Assembly (NCBI GenBank): GCA_963703955.1
Contig: CAVPGK010000013.1
Coordinates: forward strand, 96,001 to 160,000
Reading direction: 5' to 3'
DNA length: 64,000 nt
Origin: Nitrospirota bacterium
Lineage (GTDB): Bacteria; Nitrospirota; Nitrospiria; Nitrospirales; Nitrospiraceae
Numbering within the stretch: the stretch's first letter is position 1; every line of letters starts with the position of its first letter. Positions 1 through 8,747 of the stretch are shown in pieces. Below the pieces are notes generated by a model that had not been told where the DNA came from, ran no database searches, and saw nothing but the letters and a program-made list of their open reading frames with translations. Made by a program: the position numbers and the translations under genes.

Positions 1-138
1 GGTCGCCACGAAGGGAAGTCATCGACAGTTTAAACATCCGACGAAGCCTGGTCGAGTCACTGTTGCAGGCAAACCGAGCGACGATTTGCCTCCGGGGAGC
101 TTGAATAGCATCTTCAAGCAGGCCGGTGGAAGAAGTAG
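1..138 (+). CDS. hicA: HicA-family mRNA interferase toxin, 3' part (copy 1; begins before the window)
   Basis: Encodes ..VATKGSHRQFKHPTKPGRVTV..; nearly identical to 3750-3888 but one T shorter near 127 (GGTGG vs GGTTGG), which shifts the last codons. Confidence 0.8.
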
Positions 139-148
139 GGAATACGCC

Positions 149-361
149 ATGCGCTACGCAATCGTCATCGAAAAAGCCGCATCAAATTATGCCGCCTATG
201 TGCCGGACTTGCCTGGATGTGTGGCCACAGGCGCCACGATTCAGGAAACCGAAACCTTGATCCGCGAAGCGATCCAATTCCATCTGGAAGGTCTTCGAGC
301 CGACAGCCTGCCCATCCCTCCACCCAGCAGCCAAGTGGAGTACATCGAGGTCTCCGCCTAG
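149..361 (+). CDS. hicB: HicB-family antitoxin (copy 1)
   Basis: MRYAIVIEKAASNYAAYVPDLPGCVATGAT, typical HicB N-terminus; directly downstream of hicA. Confidence 0.9.
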   Translation: MRYAIVIEKAASNYAAYVPDLPGCVATGATIQETETLIREAIQFHLEGLRADSLPIPPPSSQVEYIEVSA

Positions 362-495
362 ACTCATCTTTGCCTCATCTTATTCGCCCGAAAGACACAT
401 GCGCATGCCATCAACCGCCGCGAGCGGACGAGCCGCATTGTGCGCTGTCCGCCGGCGTTCACTTTGACCTCGTCACTCTATACAATCACCACCTG

Positions 496-1007
496 ATGCG
501 TCCACTTGTTTGCTTCATCGCCACGAGTCTGGATGGCTACATCGCCGGACCGGGGGGCGAGATCGACTGGCTCTTCACGGATCAGGACTACGGCTACACC
601 TCGTTCTACGCCAACGTCGATACCGTCGTCATGGGACGGGAGACGTACGACCTCTGCCTCACGTTCGGCGAGTACCCGTATCCGGGGATTCCCAACTACG
701 TCTGGTCACGCACCCGTCGCGGCACGGACGAACACGCCACCTTCGTGTCCGGCGATATTGCGGAGTTGTTGAAGGGATTGAAACAGAAGGAAGGACAAAC
801 GATCTGGCTGGTGGGAGAAAGCCCGCTGGTCGGAGAAGCGATTAAGCACGATCTGCTCGATGAACTGATTGTGTCTGTCCACCCATCGTGCTCGGAGACG
901 GCGTGCCGCTCCTCCCTCGCGGCCTGCCGAAGACACAGTTTCAGCTCGTGAAATCCGAACCATTCCCCTCTGGCCTGGTGCAGCTGACCTGCCGCAGGAC
1001 TCGCTGA
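496..1007 (+). CDS. Dihydrofolate reductase/RibD C-terminal family protein, frameshifted near 886
   Basis: FIATSLDGYIA..DWL, VVMGRETY and DELIVSVHP motifs; continues VLGDGVPLLP..LVQLTCRRTR* in another frame. Confidence 0.8.
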
Positions 1008-1085
1008 TCACAATCACCCGCCGCGCGCGGAGGGTCAAAAAGGTTCTGATACCTTTTCATTCAACAAATTAACCTTGCCACCTTG

Positions 1086-1101
1086 GTAGCTTATAAGCTA
1101 C
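1086..1101. promoter_or_regulatory. Perfect 16-bp palindrome GTAGCTTATAAGCTAC, probable TA operator
   Basis: Self-complementary; lies between a TTGCCA -35-like hexamer and the toxin start at 1111. Confidence 0.7.
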
Positions 1102-1110
1102 ACTGTCTGT

Positions 1111-1442
1111 GTGGAGGCGACGCCGAAAGAACTACACATCTACGTGACGGCAAGCGGCCAATCCCCGTTCAGCGACTGGCTGACACGTTACAAGATGGTA
1201 AGGCACGTGCAAAGATCCGGGTGGGGCTCGATCGAGTCAGTCTTGGAAATATGGGGGACTGTCACGGAGTCGGTGACGGCGTCCAGGAACTGCGGATCGA
1301 TTATGGCCCAGGCTACCGTGTGTATTTCGGCCAGCTTGGCTCGACCATCGTCCTGCTGCTTTGCGGCGGCGACAAGAGCACGCAGACCAAGGATATCGAT
1401 CTTGCAAAACAATATTGGAACGACTATCGGAGGCGCACATGA
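1111..1442 (+). CDS. RelE/HigB-type addiction module killer protein, frameshifted near 1188
   Basis: YVTASGQSPFSDWL in one frame, then GNMGDCHGVGDGVQELRIDYGPGYRVYF..LLLCGGDKSTQ in another. Confidence 0.85.
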
Positions 1443-1732
1443 AAAAGAGCAAGGCCTATCAAGCGGGACTGATCGAGAGCCTGCGCAATCCCGGTGAGGC
1501 CGAACACTATCTTAATGCGGCGCTGGAAGAAGATGACCCGGAGCTGTTCCTTCTGGCACTACGGAATGTCGCAGAGGCCCAGGGCGGGCTCGCGCAGCTC
1601 GCCGACAAGACGAAACTCAACCGCGAGAGCTTGTACAAGATGCTCTCCGAGCGGGGCAATCCTGAACTGAGAAGCCTCGATGCTCTCCTCCATGCGTTAG
1701 GGTTCCGCCTCGCCGTAGCCAGCTCTCGCTAG
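1439..1732 (+). CDS. Addiction module antidote protein (HTH antitoxin)
   Basis: YLNAALEEDDPELFLLALRNVAEAQGG..LNRESLYKMLSERGNP; ATGA overlap with the toxin. Confidence 0.88.
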   Translation: MKKSKAYQAGLIESLRNPGEAEHYLNAALEEDDPELFLLALRNVAEAQGGLAQLADKTKLNRESLYKMLSERGNPELRSLDALLHALGFRLAVASSR

Positions 1733-1949
1733 CTCGATCGGTGCAAGTTTGGCCTCGTAGGGCAGGCGAAAATGGTTCCTAACACCTTATTCACAGCGCA
1801 TAGACTCAGGTTCGGCGCAGCTCGATCGACATAATCTCATCGCAGGGGCGGTTCGCAGCGCACGCGGGCCGATTCAAGAGCAGGCGATTGGTCGGACACC
1901 CGGGACAGCTCAGATGGCATTCAGCAAAAAAGTGTTTGTCTTCTCCCTA

Positions 1950-2110
1950 TCAAAGATCTGGAGAAGCGCCGCGCTTCGTATGCCAGAGCGCAAGGATCTC
2001 GACCGTCATGGGCTCGGAAATCACACGATAGTACAGATGGTAATGGAGGCGGAGAAATGAATGCAGCGGACACCGGCCAGCTTGACGTTTCGAGCCTGCG
2101 CGCTTGCCGT
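1950..2110 (-). pseudogene. C-terminal remnant of a RelE/ParE-family toxin
   Basis: HYHLYYRV..VEILALWHTKRG resembles a ParE C-terminus; the 5' end is lost next to nnrS. Confidence 0.5.
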
Positions 2111-2158
2111 CTCGCCGCGCGGACGAGGTAAAGATAGAATGTCCTTGTTTTTGGTCCA

Positions 2159-3340
2159 TCACCCGTCGAGACTCGGGCGAAGGAGAAACGGTCCGTAGAC
2201 CACAGCGAACAGCAGATAGGCGCCGCTCCACCCAACCACAGCCAACCCGAGTACGAGATTCGTCGGGAGGCCAGTCGTCGGCCCGATAACCCTCAGGAGC
2301 GCACCGAGAGTGACCAGCATGTAGATCAAGACCGTCAGAGGACCTGCGTGCCGGGGGCGCCCCGTATGGCCCAAGCTGGCGCGGGTCATCACGGCCAGAG
2401 TCATTACGCCCACTGCGCCGGTTGTGAGCGCATGTACCGCATCCTCCTTCGGCAGACCAATCCCGAGAATCGAGCATCCCAATAAAAGCAGCGACAACAC
2501 CAGCCAGGCATACCCCAGATGCAGAATCAACACCAACGGCTCACGCCACGTGATCCACCCGTGCCAACGCAACAGGCGGCCCAGATTGACCAACCCACCC
2601 GCGATCAATATCCAACCTGTCACTATAGCCTGCGGCTGAACGATCCAGGCTACAGCAGCGAATCCCACCAGGACGACCGACAGAGCATCGTAACGAGAAA
2701 AGGGGGCAGGCTGTTCGGTCCTGCCCTGCTCAATCAGAAGGTCGCCGGTAAAGCTGGGCGTGACCCGCCCACCGATCAGTGCCAGCAGCACCATGACCAG
2801 CGCGAGAGCCATTCGCTCGGGGAGATCCGTGGCCGCGCCGCTCAGGGTCAGCACGTGGAACAGGATGTTGGCGCCGGCATACAGACTGATCAGCCCTCCC
2901 ATCGGCGCATGGAGCCAGCTCTTTCCTGCTGCAATTTCTCGCCAGACGACCCCCGCCACCGCGACAAGAAAAGACGCATCCACGATGGCAGACACGAGAG
3001 GCGTGAGCCGCGGGATGGCGATGAGCACGCGTCCGGCCATCCACAAGGTAAAAAGCAGCATCAGCTCATGTCCTCTGATCGGCGGACGATCGGTCCAGTT
3101 GGGAATCGCCGTGAGCAGGAAGCCAGTGATCACCGCGGGCAGAAATCCGAAGACCATCTCATGCACGTGCCAATCCCGCGCCGGGTAGAGAAATTCCAAG
3201 TCGCCGACTCCAGCAAGAGCGAGAACCCAGGCAGGGAGCGCCACGCCGGCAAACACCGCCGCACCGAGAAAGAACGGTCGAAATCCATACGAAAAGACCG
3301 CTGGTCCCTGGTAGCCAGTCTCGCTCGTGGCGTTGGTCAT
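2159..3340 (-). CDS. nnrS: NnrS-family membrane protein
   Basis: GFRPFFL, WHVHEMVFGF, GFLLTAIPNWT, GGRVTPSFT, LHLGYAW, HALTTG, MTRASLGHTGR motifs. Confidence 0.93.
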   Translation of the reverse strand: MTNATSETGYQGPAVFSYGFRPFFLGAAVFAGVALPAWVLALAGVGDLEFLYPARDWHVHEMVFGFLPAVITGFLLTAIPNWTDRPPIRGHELMLLFTLWMAGRVLIAIPRLTPLVSAIVDASFLVAVAGVVWREIAAGKSWLHAPMGGLISLYAGANILFHVLTLSGAATDLPERMALALVMVLLALIGGRVTPSFTGDLLIEQGRTEQPAPFSRYDALSVVLVGFAAVAWIVQPQAIVTGWILIAGGLVNLGRLLRWHGWITWREPLVLILHLGYAWLVLSLLLLGCSILGIGLPKEDAVHALTTGAVGVMTLAVMTRASLGHTGRPRHAGPLTVLIYMLVTLGALLRVIGPTTGLPTNLVLGLAVVGWSGAYLLFAVVYGPFLLRPSLDG

Positions 3341-3396
3341 ACGATCGTCAGTCCTCAGTCATTGTGCAGAACGAGGTGTGAAACCGAAGCTTATGA

Positions 3397-3633
3397 TCAG
3401 GCAGCCTTGAGGATCGCCTTTCGGACGGACTGAGGCACTGTGATGGGGAGAAAGAAGCGTTTCGGATAGAGATAGTCATTGCCTGATTCATCGATCACCC
3501 GAACATGGCCATGTCTGGCGGCGCGAGGATCATGGAGAGAAACGTAGATCTTTCTCTTTTCTAGGGACACGGTATACCCTTTGTTCTCGACACAGATGAG
3601 CAAGCGAGCTGATGCGGCTTTAGTCTTTCTCAT
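3397..3633 (-). CDS. Conserved small hypothetical protein (RVIDESGxDYLYP type), possibly TA-like
   Basis: 78-aa ORF with SLEKRKIY and VRVIDESGNDYLYP. Confidence 0.65.
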   Translation of the reverse strand: MRKTKAASARLLICVENKGYTVSLEKRKIYVSLHDPRAARHGHVRVIDESGNDYLYPKRFFLPITVPQSVRKAILKAA

Positions 3634-3642
3634 GGCTGAGCC

Positions 3643-3714
3643 TCATAGAAACCTTTTGACCTTGTATTCCTTCCGACCGATTCCTGTCGCTTCGTACCAG
3701 TGGACTTCAGCCAG
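3643..3714 (-). pseudogene. 3' remnant of the small gene that usually precedes the 3397-3633 type
   Basis: Reads LAEVHWYEATGIGRKEYKVKRFL* and is cut off where hicA copy 2 begins. Confidence 0.55.
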
Positions 3715-3888
3715 GTGCTGGAACGGTTACGGGAGGACAGCTGGTACCTGGTCGCCACGAAGGGAAGTCATCGACAGTTTAAACATCCGACGAAGCCTGG
3801 TCGAGTCACTGTTGCAGGCAAACCGAGCGACGATTTGCCTCCGGGGAGCTTGAATAGCATCTTCAAGCAGGCCGGTTGGAAGAAGTAG
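3700..3888 (+). CDS. hicA: HicA-family toxin (copy 2; native 5' end possibly replaced)
   Basis: VLERLREDSW..KGSHRQFKHPTKPGRVTV..LPPGSLNSIFKQAG. Confidence 0.85.
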   Translation: MDFSQVLERLREDSWYLVATKGSHRQFKHPTKPGRVTVAGKPSDDLPPGSLNSIFKQAGWKK

Positions 3889-4185
3889 GGAATACGCCAT
3901 GCGCTACGCAATCGTCATCGAAAAAGCCGCATCAAATTATGCCGCCTATGTGCCGGACTTGCCTGGATGTGTGGCCACAGGCGCCACGATTCAGGAAACC
4001 GAAACCTTGATCCGCGAAGCGATCCAATTCCATCTGGAAGGTCTTCGAGCCGACAGCCTGCCCATCCCTCCACCCAGCAGCCAAGTGGAGTACATCGAGG
4101 TCTCCGCCTAGACTCATCTTTGCCTCATCTTATTCGCCCGAAAGACACACGCGCATGCCATCAACCGCCGCGAGCGGACGAGCCG
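3750..4185 (+). repeat. Direct repeat copy 2 of 1-435
   Basis: Direct sequence comparison. Confidence 0.95.
3899..4111 (+). CDS. hicB: HicB-family antitoxin (copy 2)
   Basis: Protein identical to 149-361. Confidence 0.9.
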   Translation: MRYAIVIEKAASNYAAYVPDLPGCVATGATIQETETLIREAIQFHLEGLRADSLPIPPPSSQVEYIEVSA

Positions 4186-4482
4186 AAGCGGATTCATGAT
4201 ACTTTTCCCAGCTCACGCCTTCCCTTTCTTTCTTAGCGGCTTCAACTCCGGACGTAGCGTATCAATCAGCTCGACTTTGGCGCGGCGGATCTGCTTCAGG
4301 AACTTTTGAATCGCCTTAATTTGTTCTGGGTGTTGCTCCCCGTGTACCGCACCCGGTTTCTTGGACATTTTCTGGTGCTAGTCAGCCCGACTTCTGGTCG
4401 GGTCGCTTGACGATCGTGGCTCCTAGGGCAAATATGAGCGTCGATTTTTGCGACATCGTGAACCATGCTGCCTCTCCTGCGA

Positions 4483-5374
4483 TCATGCCGCCCTAAACGG
4501 GTGCGCGTCGGCTCGAGCTTGCACGGGCGTGCGGTGACCCAATCGTTCAATCAACCACTGAGTGTTGTACCGCTCGATGAACTCCGCGATGAAGCCCCGT
4601 GCCTCTTCGAGACTCGGGAACTGATGCAGATACAGACACTGCTCCTTGAGCGTGCGCATGAACCGTTCGGCCACTCCGTTGCATTCGGGCTCGCCGACAT
4701 AGCTTGGCGAGATCGTGATGCCAAGCCATTTGACCTCGTTGATCCACGCCGCCGCGAGATACTGCGGTCCCCAATCACAGCGCAACCGCAGGCCCCGTGC
4801 CATCTCCTTGGCAAACGTCCCGTAGGCATAGCGGACTCCCTGGCGGATCGGCTCCAGCGCCGCCCACCGATCGCCGATCTTGGCCACATGCCACCCGACC
4901 ATTTCATCCGTATAGTGATCGACGGCCCCAAAGAACCAGCACCAGCCGTCCCGCTCCGTATAGAAGCGGGTCGCATCCGTGCCCCACAGGACGTCGGGAC
5001 GGTCCGTGGTGATCGTGCCGTCGTGCGCGGGGTTCCCATTGGGTGGGCCCAACCGCCGGGGCGCCAGCAAGCCCTGCTGGCGCATCAGCCCGCAAGACGC
5101 GCTTGCCGCCCACGGCGATCCCACGGTGCGCGAGGCGTGCTCGGACCTTGCGGTATCCCTCGCCATGAAACGGACAGCTCGCCAAGACCGTCCGGATCCC
5201 GGCGATGACCTCCGCATCACTCCACCGGGTCTGCGGACCGCGCTTCTGCAGGGGCCGCGTCGATGGCTGAGGGCGTCCCCCAGCGTACACGCTGGAGCGC
5301 GCTACCCGGTAGACCTCACAGATGAGCCGCAGCGGGTAGCGGCGTCCCGTGCCGGGGCTCACACCGCTTCTCAT
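4483..5374 (-). CDS. IS3-family transposase OrfB (DDE integrase core), frameshifted near 5090
   Basis: EGYRKVRARL, WGTDAT, LRCDWGPQY, NGVAERFMRTLKEQ, YN..LGHRTP motifs. Confidence 0.88.
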
Positions 5375-5729
5375 GGCTTGCGCTTCTTCCACTCGTCCAC
5401 GAGCCCCCTTCAATGAGGTCTTCCGCGAGCTCAAGCCGCATCGTCAACTCCCCGATCTTGGCCCGCGTGCGGATTAACTCCCGGTCTTCCGGCTCAAGGT
5501 GCCGCTTGAGCCCGCGCATGCCGGCATCCAGAAACGCGCGTTTCCAACTCTCCAGTTCATGGGCCGGCACCTGGCTGTCCCGTGAGACGCTGTCGAGGGA
5601 TTCCCCGCGCAGCACGCGGAGCACCAGCTCCATCTTGCGCGGGGCACTCCAGCGCTCCGGGAGATCCTTCGGCTCCGAGTTCGTTGCGCAGTCGTCTGCT
5701 GGTGTGGGCTTCTGCGAGGTGGTTTCCAT
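5371..5729 (-). CDS. IS3-family transposase OrfA (HTH)
   Basis: RWSAPRKMELVLRVLRGESLDSVSR..LESWKRAFL..KIGELTMRLEL; RBS GGAGG upstream; apparent frameshift near 5408. Confidence 0.8.
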
Positions 5730-6087
5730 GTCCGACCTCCTTGGTCACCGTATTGTGAGCTAATTCAGTGTCCAAAGAAACCGGGTCCGATTTACCCGTA
5801 CAACTCAGCGTGCGCATGGGCGATCGTAACCCCGTGAACAATGTCATGCGGTGTGGAACGGATGGGAAGTTTCTTGTCCTCGCTCATAGCCTTCCGTTTC
5901 TACTCTCAGAATACGAGCGCGTCAAGAACGAGCCAGCTATGTCTACCAAGAATCACGCCGGACGCGGTGGGCGGCTGGCGGGCTGGAGAGTCTGATCAGA
6001 TCGAAGGTCCTGACACCGTTTTCTTTCGCCCAGGCTCAAAATGGTTCTAGATACCCAACCTACATTGGGTCAAAACTCAATTATTTT

Positions 6088-6555
6088 TCAGAGAAGCAAG
6101 TCGTCTATTTTCTCTATAACAGCTTTGGCCTTGGCATGATACTCAATAACATCATTTAGTGTGAGGGTTACGGGATTTCCATGTGCTAATGCATTCTTGT
6201 TGGAACAGATGCTATCTAGAGCATACTTGGCATCCTGAGGGAGTGAGTTGATCGCGTTGTTCCACGAACTATTACCAAACTTCCCGAGCAAAGCCTTGAC
6301 ATTTTGAATATCAGGGTTTCTGAAACTAGTACGGACCGATTGTTCTATAAAATTGCTGACCTCTGGCTTCCCTAATTTTTGCGCCATTTCGTTGATTATT
6401 GTTTCAATGCTTTCTTCGTAGATACCTGAAATAAAGACAACCAAAAATCTTGCTAGATATGCCCGCTCGGCGGGAGAAGCAGAAGTAAAACTCTTTATCT
6501 CGGTTACTGCGGCATCGATTTGTAGAAGTGCCCTTTCCGCATCTCGCGATTTCAT
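6088..6555 (-). CDS. HEPN-domain protein (RiboL-PSP/MAE_28990-like)
   Basis: FLVVFISGIYEE, SFRNP and C-terminal KNALAHG (variant of the Rx4H motif); ATGA-coupled to the DUF262 gene. Confidence 0.75.
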   Translation of the reverse strand: MKSRDAERALLQIDAAVTEIKSFTSASPAERAYLARFLVVFISGIYEESIETIINEMAQKLGKPEVSNFIEQSVRTSFRNPDIQNVKALLGKFGNSSWNNAINSLPQDAKYALDSICSNKNALAHGNPVTLTLNDVIEYHAKAKAVIEKIDDLLL

Positions 6556-7619
6556 TCTGAAAATGTTGCGATGGCCATCTTGATTCTACCCTGCACCTGA
6601 TCAATATCTGTTGTCGAGTCTGAGACGGCCTCTTTAAAAGCTTCTTGCGCAACAAGCTTTTCATACTTTTTCTTAGCATCACTTATCTTATTGGAACCAA
6701 TATCCGCCACGGCAACCATTATTGCATCGAAAAGCGCTACATTAATTCCAGACTTTAACCGAAAAGCTTTTGGTCCGAGTTGCTGAAGAATAAAGTCCGT
6801 GGTGCTTTTGAAAATTGTCTCAAGCTTGGCTTTCTTCCTTCGGTGGGGTTCTTGTTTTCTCTCATAAACTCACTAATGAAGTCTTTCATGGGCTTCTTGT
6901 AGTGTACCCAACCTTCTTTTAGGGCAAAAAACCTTAACATCATCTCGATATCCTTCATTCGTGAATCAGGTGATGATTTATTTAAGAGGGTCCTCCAGCT
7001 TACATGGTTATTTAGATCTTCAAGAAATTTATTAAGGCTACCGCTAATTACACAATTTCTTATCTCTTGAAGGGTCAAAGCCATGCCGCCCGTATTGAGG
7101 CGCTCGAAAATTTCAAAAACACTCGAGTGGTCTTGCGGATCTGTTTGTTCGAATATCGTAGCTCTCAGAATTGAGTTTTTCAGTTTCCTCTTGTCCTGTT
7201 CGCTCAGGTCAGAATATGATTTCCCCTCCCATTCCTGCTTCACACTGGTTAACCGAAATGGAGTGCCATCCTCAAAAGTTCCTCGAAGGAAATAGTAAAT
7301 TGTTCGCAACCTTTGTTGGCCATCAACCACCATCAAGTCTTGAGTTTTTTCCTGCCTATATAGAAATATTTGGGGAACCGGTAGCCCAAGCAAGAAAGAC
7401 TCGATTAATTTACTGGCTTTTTTGGTAGTCCAGACATATCTGCGCTGAAAAGGGGGGATAACAATTTCATTGTCTTTTACTTTCAGTGCCAGTATTTCGA
7501 CAGTGAAATCTGTCCCGTAAGTATTGATTTTGTGGGAGAGCCAACATCTTCAAATCCTGGTCCTTTTCTTCCGAAAGAATATTTTCTAACTCGACAAAGG
7601 ACTCGTTTTGGTTTTCCAT
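6552..7619 (-). CDS. DUF262 (GmrSD N-terminal/ParB-like) domain protein with several frameshifts
   Basis: PPFQRRYVW, LIESFLLGLPVP, VVDGQQRL and IFERLNTGG motifs; visibly AT-rich. Confidence 0.85.
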
Positions 7620-7936
7620 GTAATTATTCTACACTTGTAAATGAGAAATTGTCTTGGCCGATACTCCCCTCTTCCGAGATCATGATCGGATTGAGGGAAG
7701 GGGTGCGGGGACATTCTTCTTATCTGCTGATTACGATGAAAATTTCGGTTTCAGGCTACGACTCGCTGCGGCGGCTGTCAACTCACCGAATTGTCGAAAT
7801 ACAACCATTTCCGTTGTTCGGCATGCAGTCACCCGCTCACGCACCAAGGCCCGCAGGACTCCTGTCCTCCCAGGCCATATACATTGACCGAGCAATATAA
7901 ATGGTCCCTCCAAGCTTGCTCGTTTCGCCCCTAACA

Positions 7937-8031
7937 GGGGTGGCCTGGATTAGTCCCCAACTGGCACGTCGAACGACACCACAGCTTTATCGTGGGGGTT
8001 CCGTGCGCAAAGGGACTGACCAGGCCGCCCC
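7937..8031. repeat. Long imperfect hairpin (REP-like intergenic element)
   Basis: GGGGTGGCCTGG..TAGTCCC pairs with GGGACTGA.CCAGGCCGCCCC. Confidence 0.55.
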
Positions 8032-8039
8032 ATCTCTTA

Positions 8040-8618
8040 CTAATTGGAGATTACCCCGGGCGCCTGGAGGCGGCTGAGACAGTCCAGCCAGAGTGTGGCC
8101 GGGTCCTTGTCAAAGATGCCGATCGAATCTGGCGGTAACACCGCCCACGCCCCCTGGCGCATTTCATATCCGAGCTGCCCCGGAGCCCACCCGGCAGATC
8201 CGGCAAAAGCCCTGAAGGTTTCGGTCGGTTTGGCCTGCGTAATGATGCGTTCCAGGAGCGTAGGCGTGCCCCCCACATAGACCCCATCGAAGACCAATCG
8301 CGCGTCTGCGGGAGGCTCCTTGGCTTTGAACAGCAAAAGAAGGCGGTTCGGCTCTACGGGCCCACCCGCAAACAGCCGGTAGCTGGTGCCCTTGAGCACG
8401 GTGACCTCCGGCAACGCCTCCGACAGGAGGACGTTGGTAGAGTGATTCAGAATAAGCCCGAGTGTTCCCTCAGGTCCGTGCTCCACAACGAGCACGACGG
8501 CTTGGCGGAAGTTCGGATCATCCAGCGTGGGGCTGGCCACCAAGAGGACGCCTTTCCCGACCGACGACGGCTCGAATTCCATCCCCGCCAGAGCCGGTAG
8601 GGCATGCAGGATGGTCAA
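8040..8618 (-). CDS. YqgE/AlgH (DUF179) family protein
   Basis: LLVASPTLDDPNFRQAVVL, GLILN, GGPV, GSAGWAPGQL motifs. Confidence 0.88.
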   Translation of the reverse strand: MTILHALPALAGMEFEPSSVGKGVLLVASPTLDDPNFRQAVVLVVEHGPEGTLGLILNHSTNVLLSEALPEVTVLKGTSYRLFAGGPVEPNRLLLLFKAKEPPADARLVFDGVYVGGTPTLLERIITQAKPTETFRAFAGSAGWAPGQLGYEMRQGAWAVLPPDSIGIFDKDPATLWLDCLSRLQAPGVISN

Positions 8619-8747
8619 GAGCGCCCCGAGCAGGAAGCTCGCGATGGCCCTCCGTGCACCAGCGGGACTCGGCGCGCTCGAGTACTCAAGACGGAGGCAG
8701 CATGGGGAAAGCGTATGAGGGACATTCTACATTTCATCCGGAACGGT

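Larger units (their letters stand above)
1..435 (+). repeat. Direct repeat copy 1 (hicAB plus ~75 bp downstream); copy 2 at 3750-4185
   Basis: Near-identical sequence; I see one indel and one substitution. Similarity ends after CGAGCGGACGAGCCG. Confidence 0.95.
4343..5794 (-). mobile_element. IS3-family insertion sequence (~1.45 kb)
   Basis: Imperfect terminal inverted repeats TGTACCGCACCCGGTTTCTTGGACA and TAAATCGGACCCGGTTTCTTTGGACA; CCCG duplicated at 4339-4342 and 5795-5798; orfA/orfB layout. Confidence 0.9.
4213..5887 (-). pseudogene. 71-aa hypothetical gene interrupted by the IS3-family element
   Basis: Removing the IS and one CCCG copy restores MSEDKKLPIRSTPHDIVHGVTIAHAHAELYGEQHPEQIKAIQKFLKQIRRAKVELIDTLRPELKPLRKKGKA*. 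Confidence 0.7.
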
